Of a DNA stretch of 64,000 nt, positions 27,701 through 40,600 are shown piece after piece. The notes beneath the pieces were generated by a model, which was not told where the DNA came from, made no database searches, and was given only the letters and a program-made list of their open reading frames with translations. Origin of the DNA: Podarcis melisellensis (Eukaryota); the NCBI GenBank assembly GCA_964234715.1, contig OZ174277.1; one strand, written 5' to 3'. Each line of letters begins with the position of its first letter. Position 1 is the first letter of the stretch. Made by a program: the position numbers and the translations under genes.

Positions 27701-30700
27701 GAAACTGGAGAAGCTCTTGGAAGGGGGTGTGGCTGCATTCAAGTTTGCAGTAGAATTTTCCTGTCTAGGCTAGTAGGATGCGACATAACCCTCTGTGGCT
27801 GACTTCTGTCATCTCACAGTAAGTACCCAGTGACTCAGTAATATGGCTGTTATTATAGCCAAGACTACAGGTACGTGTAAGCCAGCATTTCCTTCTTCAG
27901 TAGTGACCAGCCAGACTCCTTGGGAAGCTGACCAAAGGGCCCAATGGTTACCCTGCGTTAGGTTTGAAGTCCCATTCTTCACTCTCTAGGCTAGTTGGTA
28001 CTGATAGGGCCCGTAAGTCTTACCAGAAGCACAAGGATTTCAATCACCTGGACTTTTGCCTGTTGTGAACGTTTCCCCCGCAGGCTGCTCACTTAGAGGA
28101 TATCCAGGGAGACATTTTTCACCCAGAGTCCCTTCAGGGCCGCTTACCCAAACTTACGAAGCGGATGGAGAAGATCTGTACATCTCTAGTGAAGAACAAC
28201 TCGTTCTTGGATCTGGTGGAGAGCCTTGACAATTTCACAGGTAACACTTTTATTACAGTGTAACATTCAACAGGAAGGTAATTTGTTTTTCTTAAGAATT
28301 GATGGGTTTGAGTAGACGTGCTGAAATTAATAGATTGACAGATTGCTTTCTGCTGCGCTCCTCCTTTTTACAGGTGACATAATTTCCTCTTCCCTTGAGC
28401 TGCAGCATATGTCTGTAAATCCAACTGCAGACAAGGAAAAGCAGAAGTCCGAGGCCAAACATTTACTCGTGCAGAAGCAGAGGGCCCTAACAGAGCTCTT
28501 TAAAAACCTGGCTAATACAGGTAAGAGGAACTGGAACTACTACTCTTTGGAGACAACAAACAAAAAATAAGCAGTAGTAACCCCAACTCCCACCCCTCAA
28601 ACTAGCAAAATGCCATGTGAGTGTGTTTGGCACTGCCCATGATTTACCTCCATAGGCACATGTATAGTGTACCAAATGATAATAGCTGGGAGGTAGGTAG
28701 TACAATTGGGTTAGAATGAATACTAATTGGAAATGTGGAATGAATTTTTACTGTATTGCTCTACACACACACACACACTAATGCACAGCTTTGTAGCCAT
28801 GCACACAGAAAGGATAGGGTCCAGAACGTTTTCATTATTTATTTATTGCATTTATATCCCACCTTTCTATCCAAGGAGCTCAAGGTGGCATACGTGGTCC
28901 CCCACCCTCTTCATTTAATACTCAGAAGAACCCTGTGGTGTAGGTTAGGCTGAGAGGCAGTGCCTGGCCCAAGGTCCCCTGGTGAGCTTTGTGGCCCAGT
29001 GGGGATCTGAATCCTGGTCTTCACACTAGCTCTGAAAGCAATTCCTGCTGGTTAGTTATAGCCGGTTGTTTTCTTTGCTCCTTTCAACCACTAAAGCTAA
29101 ATTCTCAGAATCATCTGTATCAGCCATCATCACTTAGGTGTTGGAGAGGAAAAGGCATGACTGAATGGACTCACTAAAAAGAACTTCCATGTTGTTTATT
29201 TCAAGTCTCAAAAAGAAAAATTGAAGTTAGATGTATTTTAAATATCTTCCCAGGGTTGTCATATCGCAAAGGCCTTGCTTGGTCTCGTTCAAAAACTTCC
29301 CAGGACCTGCTTTTCCTTCACCCGTTGGATTTGAGCAGTGCATTAGCCTTGGTTAACTGCACACAGAAACTGGACGCAACGTATGTATTTTCTGTTTCCG
29401 CAGCTACAGTTTTGACCTCCAAAAGTATCTAATTGGGGTTTTTCAATCCAATAGTACCGTTACCTCATCTGTTTATTGGTGTGCCACTTTTCCACAGAAA
29501 TTGTGCCCGAAGTAGCTCACAACATAACAGATGCACAATATTTGTTATGCACCTATTAGAAACCTTTATAAATAATCAGAACTAATAAGGACGAAAAAAT
29601 CAATGCACATAACATTGCACAACAACAATGCAAATAAATTAGGTTATCCTAAAAACCTAAAGAAATAGAAAAGTAACTGTTGTGTGGGAGACTTGAACCA
29701 TTTAGCCCTGTTAAGAGTTGTGGCTTCCCTCCTGTTAGTAGTGGGAAGAAAGCCGCCATTTGTGCCAGTGGCTGCTTTCTTCCCCTTGCAAACAGCAGAC
29801 ATAGAGGGGATCCCGATTCTGATCAGGACCATGGGGTGGGGGGCAAATACATACTCCATCTTTGAGCCCTCCCTCCCACCAGCTGCAAAGGAAAATCAGC
29901 TCTGCAAAGGTGACAAATGGTGAATCTAGTTTGGCCCTTGGTTCGTTCGGTTTTCATTTTAAGGAGCGACTTGCAAATTGTGTAACGTGATATTTTCTGG
30001 AACCAGCAGAGCAAAAACATCCGGATATTGCCTTAAGTAAAAACGCATTACAGCGTCGGGAGTATCAGTTACCAAACTGATACCTTAAGCAGGCAATGTA
30101 AAGCCGGTTAAGACTGCCTAAAAGCATGGGTAAGCCGAACTGATGCACGTTTTGTGTTTGTGTGGTCGTAGAAAGGCTTTGAAATTGCTTATTTATTTAT
30201 TTTTGTCTCGGATGAACAAAAGTCTTACGCTTTCCAGGTTGCTCTCTGAGATCTCTTCGTCCTGGGATGGTTGCCAGAAATACTTCTATCAGTCTCTCGC
30301 ACGCCACTGTGGGCTTCAGACAGCATTATTGGCACCTTCAAAGGTAAACACTAGCTTCAGTACTAGAGATTTCTTTCAAATCTTCTCCTTTTAAAAGCTT
30401 TGAATAGGCAAGACAGGATCATTCATCATCTAAACATTTGGCTTTTTATTCCGAATCAACATAGTTTTTTTCTCAGTCATGTTTATACCTGCCTACATTG
30501 TAGTTGTTGAGGAGATAAATAGAGGTAAACTACCAGTAAATCTACCTAGACTTGTCACTTATGTATCATATTTCTTTTCAAATGTACCCAGTTGCAAACC
30601 TTGACATATTCAGAAATCCTTGGCAAGTCACTAAATTGTAGGATTGTGTCAGGTTCACTTTCCAATTTCATATACAGTGATACCTTGGTTTTTGAATGTC

Positions 30701-33700
30701 TCTTTTGATGAACATTTCGGTTTTCGAACATCGTAAACCTGGAAGTAAATGCTTTGGTTTTCAAACACGTCTTGGAAGTCGAATATGCCACGCGGCTTCC
30801 GCTGAGTGCAAGATCCTGAGACCTCACTGTTGGCAATGAGTTTTCAGTTTTTGAATGTTTCAGAAGTCTTCCAGAGCGAATTACGTTCAAAAAACGAGGT
30901 ACCACTGTAAACCTTGGAGAAAGTGGAGGTGACATTGATGTAAAATAAAAATGGTAGCATATAAACTAGCTGATCAGAGGACAAGCATTTCACCTACCTA
31001 GGCATTTACTGACAGCTCTAGTCCTCATAGCATAAAAAGGACACATCCTACTAACAGATGAATTGCTGCTGTTGCTGCTGCTGCTATCGTTATCTATTCA
31101 ATTTGTATACCGCCCTTCACAGGGTGGTTCACAACATAAAAATACATTGCGTGAGAGCACAACATAAACACCAGTTATGAGTAAAATGCCTAGGTGCTTA
31201 GTAGCATCTTCATGTGGCTAAAGGTTGATAGAGCATTCCACAGCTGGAATGTTGTGGGGATCCTGCTATCCTCCCTGATTTAGCACATTCAGTCCTGATC
31301 ATCCACAGCTCTTAAAACTGTCATTAAAGTTGCTGCGATAGGAATTTGTTTTCAAAGCACGTTTGTGCTATTTTGATCTTTTTATGCATAGGCTTTCAAA
31401 TCTGGTTTTCTGGGTATGTTAATTGCCTGAAAATTGTCCAAAGGCTGTAATCCAGTGCACATTTACCTGGGCATAAGCACCTTTGAATATAGCGGGAGTT
31501 AGTTTTGAGTGAACAAGCATAATGTTAGATGGGGCTGCACAGTAGTTTGTGTGCCTTCCATGCATCTTTCATTGTCAAGGCGTAGGCAGAGTTCCATGGA
31601 TTTGGCTAGTAGCAGTGGGGCGGGGGGGGGCACATTATTATGGCAACCGTTACACAGGAGTGAAAAGTGCTACATTGTCACACTGCAGGAAATTGGACTG
31701 GGCACCGTTGAGCGATGCAAAGGATTCACAGCACACCTTATGAAGATGCTTGTCAAGCAGAGGAGCTCCCTCACCGCCTTGACTGAGCAGTGGATTATCC
31801 TGAGGTATTTGGACTTTGGTTTTCTGTGTACTTCTTTAGCTCATTTGAGAAAGGAAAGCATTCTGACTCAAAAAAGAGAGAGGCAGACTGTATACTTCAA
31901 TAATAGTGCAAAACGTAAACCCTCAGTACATTTCTACCCACATTCTCTATCCTCTGTTCATACAAGGAAGAGGCATTGCCAGATAAATAAATAAACTTTC
32001 CACAAAAGCTGCAGCGTTTGGAAATTGCCGTGATCCACTATATACTGACTGAGGTGTACCGATAGTATTATTATAAGCAGATCTCTTAACCTTGTAAATT
32101 TCCTACAGGAACCTTCTGAGCTGCGTGCAGGAGATTGATGCCCGGTTAAACCCTGCCTGTGAATATGAAGTGGCGTTTCCTCCTCAAGACGGTGTTCAAC
32201 AGTGGACCGATAGACTGCAATACCTTTCAATGCAGTGTGTGGTGGTCCTGGAGCAGCTGTCCTGGTTTATGGAGTGCTGTCCAAAAGACCAGTCCTTGAA
32301 TGCTTCCAGGGCAGAGACTGAAGCAACTGAACTGAATTCCCCTTGTGTTCTGAAGTCCATGCCTGGTTTTAACCCTCCAGAGCTACAATATTCCACTCCC
32401 ATAGCTGCAGATCAGCTGCCCGCTGGATGCAAGATGCGAAAGCACGACCCGTTGTTTCAGAAGCTGATTTCAGACGTGAAAGAGATGCTGCTGGAGGTTA
32501 AGGCAGTAAAATCGGATGTGGACAGAATCAGACAACTGTCTTGTGAGACACTCTTCCATTCCTGGTAAGTAAAGTACTATGGGGAGAAAACAGTTTCACT
32601 CCTGCAGCCTTCATGCACCCTAATATGTAAGACTGTGACTTTATTGACTGCATTGTTCAAAATGGGGCCTGCAGTCAGCCCCCATTATATCCCAAATAAA
32701 TGATTGGTGCTGCTGAAGTTGGTGGCCCAGCCATGGAGGCACGAAACAGTCCTCTACACTGCCGAATATCAAGACATATGCTGTATCTAAGCTTAAGTGC
32801 CTTGGGGAAGAGTTATGCCTGCACTTTTGGAGGAAGTGCACAGAGGAAGCTTAGCACTCCTTGACTGGGTGATACGCCCCTTGCATTTCAGAGGACATAA
32901 TCAAAAGCATTAACTGTGCTTCAGCATTGCATATGAACTAGGCCACTGTGAGTTTAGAAATTCTAGTAATTTGCAGAGACATGTGTGTCTATAAACTGCT
33001 ATTCCTAAACAAATAATAAACTTCATTGGACTAAATAATTCTTGGAAACCCAGACAACTGTTAGGCCAGTTAGGGACTCTTCTCACCTACCATCTTAATG
33101 CTTATGTCTTGTTTCTGTATTTGTTCCAGTGGTTATCCTATTATTATTATTATTATTATCATCATCATCATCATCATCATCATCATTATTATTATTAGAA
33201 TTTATATGCCCAGAGGTTTCAGGGTAAAACCACAAAATACATAATCAAAATAAAAGCAACAATCCAATAACCTCCTTTTCTTTTACATTTGTATTTTAAT
33301 ATAATTTGAATTAACTGAAATGCTCAATAAGTAACACTTATAATAGTACAATAATAATAATTTATTATTTATACCCAGCCACTCTGGGCAGTGTCCAACA
33401 AAATATTAAAATACAATAGTCTATTAAAAATTTAATGCTTCCCTAAACAGGGCTGCCTTCAGATGTCTTCTAAAAGTCTGATAGTTGTTTTTCTCTTTGA
33501 CATCAGGTGGGAGGGCGTTCCACAGGGTGGGTGCCACTACCGAGAAGGCCCTCTGCCTGGTTCCCTGTAACTTCGCTTCTCGCAGTGAGGAAACTGCCAG
33601 AAGGCCCTCGGCGCTGGACCTCAGTGTCCAGGCAGAACGATGGGGGTGGAGACGCTCCTTCAGATATACTGGACCGAGGCCGTTTAGGGCTTTAAAGATC

Positions 33701-36017
33701 AGCACCAACTGAATTGTGCTCGGAAACATACTGGGAGCCAATGTAGGTCTTTCAAGACCGGTGTTATATGGTCTCGGCAGCCGCCCCCAGTCACCAGTCT
33801 GGCTGCCGCATTCTGGATTAGTTGTAATTTCCAGGTCACCTTCAAAGGTAACCCCACATAGAGCACATTGCAGTAGTCCAAGCGAGAGATAACTAGAGCA
33901 TGCACCACTCTGATGAGACAGTGGGCAGATAGGGTCTCAGCCTGCGTACCAGATGGAGCTGGTAAACAGCTGCCCTGGACACTGAATTGACCTGTGCCTC
34001 CATGGACAGCCGTGAGTCCAAAATGACTCCCAGCTGCGCACCTGGTCCTTCATGGGCACAGTTACCCCATTCAGGACCTGGGAGTCCTCCACACCTGCCC
34101 ACCTCCTTTCCCCAAAAATAGTACTTCTGTCTTGTCAGGATTCAACCTCAATCTGTTAGCCGCCATCCATCCTCCAACTTGTACAGAATCAAAAAATAAC
34201 AAATCTGCAACTTCCAGTAAAGTGTGTGGTTTAAACAGTGTAGTGCCTCTTTGTATCATAGAACATTTTTTAAGGGTGGAGGTACAGGCTAAAGAAACTG
34301 AAGGAAATCTGCAGGACTACCTTATGCAAGCTGAATTTCCTTTTCCATTCATGTAAGACACTTCCAAACCTTCTGGTAAAACCATAGATGTTATGTTTTT
34401 AGTATCACAATTGAGTCTTAGCTTGTTTTTCTGATTACCAGTAAGTCCAACAGAAGCGATGTTTTGTGTTAACCCCAGACCCACTCTTTCTCAAAAGCAA
34501 ATGTGCAGGCTAAAAGGTGGCTCGTTAAAGTGAGCTGTGATTACTTTTGTCTTACAGGAAAAGCTTTGAAGTGTGCTCTTCAGGAATAGAATGTTTGCTG
34601 AAGGTTTCAACCCAACTGCAAGATATAGAGTCTTTCTTTGTCCTACCTGAGATGGAAGCCAATCAAGTTTCAACACGGATGGCGTTAATCAGAAGTCTTG
34701 TGTACATCCAAGGAGAAATTAATAGAAGTGTGGATGACTTTGCCATTTGGAAGACACAGCTCTTCAGTTCAATTTCACACTGTAATGGTAAAGACATGTT
34801 CCTTTTAATCTTTCAACCAATAAAGCAGTTGATTTAAGTATTATTCTGTTTTCTCCTTTGGATATTTGCATCTGTGGCTAAGGGCAGTAAAATTAGATCA
34901 TGATTTTGTTAGGATCCTAAGCATGCTTACTGAGAACCAAGTCTTGCAGAGTTCAAGAGACGGTCCTATGTAAGTGTACAGAGAGTATTGAAGCATTCAA
35001 AATAATGTTCAACGTTTTGTTTAATGTAGCATGTCAAAATCCTAGCAGCTGTACTTTGGTGGGAGTTGGTGTTTTGTTTATTTCTTGCAAGTTGTTGTTG
35101 GATACTTCCTGGGACCTCTGTTCCTAGTATCTGATGCTACAAAGCTTGTTTTCTCATTAAAAGTTGGACATTTGTTTTCATGCCGCTGCATGTCTTTAGC
35201 CGAGTCTTGTTAATGCATTATGAAATGAGCTGGAATAAGTATAGCAGTGGCAACATTGCAAGGGGATTAAGGATTCATTGATTTGACCTGACTTGACTTG
35301 GGGAAAATCCTAGCAGCAGCACTGCCTGAAAATTCAGTCTCATTTCTGGGCCAAGGGCTGGTGAGAGGCTAAGAGGCAATATTATTTGCACTATCTTCCA
35401 CTTTCAAGGCAGATGTCAGACTTTTGTTCTGTGAGATAACTGCGGCAAAGCATATATACTTGTTGGAGTAATGGAGTATATCAAATTTTAAATTAGGCGG
35501 GGAACTGGGAATTCTCCAGGTTTTAACAATGGGGAGACACTAGTTTTATAAAGCCCAACCATCATATCAAATCTTAATAGTTAATAGTTAGTCTTATTTC
35601 AGGTTTTTGAGCATTATGTCTTTCTTGTTAAAGTTTCATTTGTTATTGTGGCTTAGAACTGCAATTTGTTTGTGTCGTATCATTTGTTTATTCCATAAAA
35701 TTTATTATGCACCACTTGATTGCAAAAACAAAACAAAACCCTCAAAGTGGTTGCTGCTTTCGAAATCGGATGTTTCCCCCACTAACATTTCTACTGTATT
35801 TCCAAAGGGAACCAAAAGTCAGATGATGGATTTGTCGAACTCTACTCAGAACAAGTAGAGCTTGCAATCCAAGCTATCCTGGGTGCAATTCAGTGTTTGG
35901 TAGAAAGGAAAAAGGTAAAAGAAGACGACACCTCACAGAAGGAGGATGGTGAGTCTTAACTTTTGTCCTTTTCTCTGAAGCACTCTTTATACTTTCAGAA
36001 ATATTCTCTCTCTTTCC

Positions 36018-36069
<52 letters not shown>

Positions 36070-37618
36070 CTGAACACAACATATATCCTGACAAATTAGG
36101 GGCAGAGGTGGATGTTCTAAATATGATTACCACGGTGAAATTGTGAAATTTGTACTTGCTGTAGCCGCTGCTTCCTGAATGCACCCCCCCCCCGCAAGAG
36201 ACTTGTGGAATTCAGAGGATTCTTGAATGCTCTGATATATTTTATTAATCTGTTATTTATTGCATTTATATCCCACCTTTGCTCCATGGAGCTCAAGGTG
36301 GCACACATGGTTCTCCTCCTTCTCGTTATTATCCTCACATCAGCCTTGTGAGGTAAGTTGGGCTGAAAGACTGTGGCAAACCCATGGTCACCCAGTAACT
36401 CTAGCCACAACACCACACTGGAGGGTGGAGAGAACTGGCAATAGTGCCAAGGCCCCTTGTCTGTGAAGGGCAATCAGTACAGTTCTCTTGGGCATCTGGT
36501 TCCTCCTGGATCCTGCAACATGCCGTGGTGCTCTAGGGCAGGAGTGGGGAACCTTAGGCATGGGGATCAAATGTGCACCTCCAGGCCTCTCTGTTTAGCC
36601 TACAACACGACCCCTTCCCAGCCACACACCCTCTCCCCGGGCCCTCACCAGCCCTGCTTCATACTTTCCTTGAATTTTTTTGCCTGGCTTCAATATGCCC
36701 TTGAACTCTGATACGGCCTTTTTCTTGCCTGGATGAAAGATGGAAGTGTGTGTAGAAACTAGCCTACTGTACAAAGGCAACATTTTCATTGGGTAAAAAT
36801 GTTTACCCAAACCTTTTCTGATTAAGGATGAATTAAGTCTTCAGTCTTTTCCCTTTTCCCTTTTCTTACTCAAGGGGAAGAATCCTTGGTTGACAGGCTC
36901 AAGGCAGGGCATTTAACTAAACTCTTGGATGAAGACATCTGTGCAGATGTGAATTCTCTGCATGTGCAGAAAATCATTTCGGTTATTTCAGAACTCCTGG
37001 AGCGACTAAAATCCTATGGCGAGGATTACACTGAATACAAGTGCAAGGTAAAATTCATCTGTCAAAATGTCCTTGCTCTTCATTGAGGCTTGGTCCAGCT
37101 GGAGGAGGCTTTGAATGTGAATTTCTAGACTTTCTGTAAAAGGCAAAATAGCAGAGGGAAATTGTAAGGTCACTTAGAAACTTCTCGTTTTGTCTTGGTG
37201 GGGGCGGGGAAGCCCCTATATTTTTAATGAACATTGGATTTATTTCTGTCCACAGCTTTTCAATCAATCCTGCCACTTACTGGTGCGTCTAATGCCAATA
37301 CTTTACAAATATTCCAATATCATCCTTTTCTACCTCACTGTTACCTTGGCTACACATAGGAGCACTGGGAAATTGCTCTCTGTTCTAGCTAACATATTTA
37401 CAGAACTGGCCCGGAAGGTAAGAAATTCTAGTTTACCCTCTCAGTGGATTTGGGAAAGGGGATAGAATTCTGAGATATCTGGAGTTGTGAATAAAGCTTG
37501 TTTAAAGAAAGCCACAGCAGAAGCAAAGATGTTCGTCAGTGTGTTGAATGAGCTCTTTATCTTTGGCTCCATAGTACTTTATTTGTGTGCCTGTAGATAG
37601 ATAGATAGATAGATAGAT

Positions 37619-37674
<56 letters not shown>

Positions 37675-40600
37675 CAAGTCTGTGTATAATCTGTCCTTTG
37701 GAAGCTTAATTGTGCTAAAATCTGTCCAAAATGTTTCAACTTCTTATTATTGTTATTATTATTATTAGGGGTTTTGTTTACCAAAAGAGCTAATGGAAGA
37801 TGCAGGAGGAGAAGGAGGAACAGAATTCCATGATTACGAAGGAGGTGGCATTGGAGAAGGGGAAGGCAAAAAGGATGTGAGTGACAAGATAGAAAGCGAA
37901 GATCAGGTACGTGCCAAGTGGGATTTGAGGCAGCAGCTCCAGAGTAGCCATGAATATGTTCATAAATAAGTTAACGATAGTAAGCCAGTGTAAATTTCAC
38001 CAGTGCAAGTAACCCCATTCCACACCCTATTCAGGAGTGGCTGGGAGGGGCTACTGTTGGCTGTGTTGGCAGGCAATTATGGGCTTGAGTTTTGAGGATT
38101 GGGCCCTAGGTCACTTGACCTAGCTGAACAGACTTTGGAATAGCTATAAGTCTCTCCTTGTCCTGTCCCACCACTCCCCTGGAATGCCCTTTTTCAGGAC
38201 CTAGGCTGGTTTAAGATTGTCTGGCTGAGTAGGGGTGAGGGAATTGCACTGACATTGTTACAGTTTAGCTGAAAGTCAGCCAAGAAAGCCCCAAGTTCCC
38301 CCGAATTCAGAATTTCTCATCCCAACGGACCTTGGAGGTTGGACCCTGCTCTTATTTTCATATAGTTTAATAGGTTTCATAGTAACTTTCATTGTCTCTC
38401 TCCCCCCCCCCCCCAAGCCATCTGCTGCTTACTCCTAAAAAAGAAGAAAAATGCCTTGGATTCTTAAAGCAGTTCTGTCCTCCTGCTGGGGTTGAGCAGT
38501 TAGATTTTATTCAGTAATAAAACTGTGTTGCTGAGATAATGGTGGGGATGAAACTAATGCTTCATTAAAAGCTGGAATATTCTTTGGTTAAATATCCCAG
38601 GTAGAAGATACTTACCAGAAGGGTCAAGAAAAGGAGGATGAAGACCCAGAATCCAAACCAGGTATTGAAGGAGAGGACAATGCAATTGAAATGTCAGATG
38701 ATTTTGAAGGAAAAACCTATGACGGGGAGCAAGAAAACCAAGGTATGTGGCTTGTACTATGGCAATTGTAGGTTTCGCTTGTCTGTCCTGTTATATGCCA
38801 ATACAGGTGGTAATGCTAAACATTTTTTTTGTGGGCATCTTTGTGCAAACATTGACATTCAATGGAAGTACTTGCGCAGAATTAACATTAAGTGTGATTC
38901 CAGCAGCTTGATGTCCTTCTGTGGCAAAATCTGGCAGAGTTCAGTATTTGTGAAAATGGTAATGCTGCTGCTCTCTTATTAAATTAATCCTTGTGTGGTT
39001 AGGAGCTCTTCCTGATTAATGACTATAATTGGAAGCTGGAAGCATCTATAACTATTTCTAAATGCAGCAGAAGTCCAGCTATATCATGTCTGTGTGTAGT
39101 GTGTTATTCTAAGTGGGATAGAACAATTGGGCGAGACAGTTAGTGAACCTTACCAAACAGTTTTCATGACATTACTGTTAATTTCAAACTGTGACAGACC
39201 CTTGGAGAAATCTGAATAAGAATATACGAGAATATACATTCTGTTCAAATGTTCATAATTCTTATTTCTGCTAAGCTTTTTCCCTTGTTTCACCAAATGT
39301 GTTGAAACAATTTCAGGAGATACACTTCTTGTACAGTAAGCCCTCAACTGCCACAGGGGTTACATTCTGGGGATTGCATCTAAACCCCAAATCACATACA
39401 GTCAAAATGCATTGGGTTCAATGGTGGGTGGGATTGCCAGAGTCTCTTTTCCTGGATACCCACCCCCTTTCTGCCCACTTTTTAATTAATAATAATAATA
39501 ATTGCCATGTGAATGAAGCTGAATGTGAGCAAGTTAAATGCACGTAAGTTGCAGGCTTACTGTACTCATGTAGGTGTCCTCTGATGCAGAGTGGCTGAAT
39601 GGTTTTAGACTGTCAGCCTAGTCCAGTCCCTGCCAGTATAACGTGTGCATTGCTAACCTGTAATGTCACCATGCTTGTGGGGTTCATCTTGAAAGTTTGT
39701 GAAAGGCCATGTGTCCCTTATGCACTGAGTTCTAGTACCTTATAAAGAGGATGGTGCAAAATGAGCTGTGTTGCCTTATACAGAAGAAGACGACAAATCT
39801 GACGAAGAGTTAGACAAACAGATGGGAAATCTCGGAGATGCTGAAGCTGACAAATTGGATGAGAGGCTTTGGGGAGATGACAACGATGATGAGGAAGATG
39901 ATGAGAGTGATAATGAGGATGATAATATAACAGAAACGGGACCAGGAATGGATGAGGTAAAAACGTAAATAAAAGTGTGCTCCAAGGAGGAAGCATTGTC
40001 CAACTTTATAATTTTATGGTACGGTATATGAAATACAACACAGAGATTAGTGTCTCAGTTTTTTGTGAGACTCCCTTTTTAGAATGGGATTATTGAGAAG
40101 CCTGGCTTGGATTTCATAAAATCAGCAAGGAGTAAACTATCCTGCTGTCTACCTTTTTTTGAAGATGCCTCTCTCCATATGGAACTTGCCACCCACAGAG
40201 AGTGGCTGAGGAGGCAGTGCTTCAAAATCGTCCAGTCCTCAAGGTGTAGATATCAACAGGGGCTACCAAATCCAGAGCCTTTTATGTTGCATCCCTAGTT
40301 TTAGACATCTGCTTTCCTATGAAAAGAAATGGCGACCTTAGGGGTTGTTGTTTTTTAATCGGATATCCATCCATAGAGTGACAAGGAACAGATAAAACAC
40401 CTACTCAATCTTCATAATACACAATTCCTGTAAAACAACTGTTGTCTTAATATATTTTGGGATCCAAAATGTGCAACCATGTTTCCTCAAGTAGACTGGT
40501 AGCTAGGATGTTGCCCTTCAGATGTCATTGGACTCTGAACTCCCATTAGCCCCAACCAACGTAGCCAATGGTCAGGAATGATGGAAGTTGCAGCCCAGCT

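Noticed and set aside
33424-34259. Minus-strand ORFs with reverse-transcriptase-like sequence
   Set aside because: Frameshifted pieces of a truncated L2 LINE, not a functional gene.
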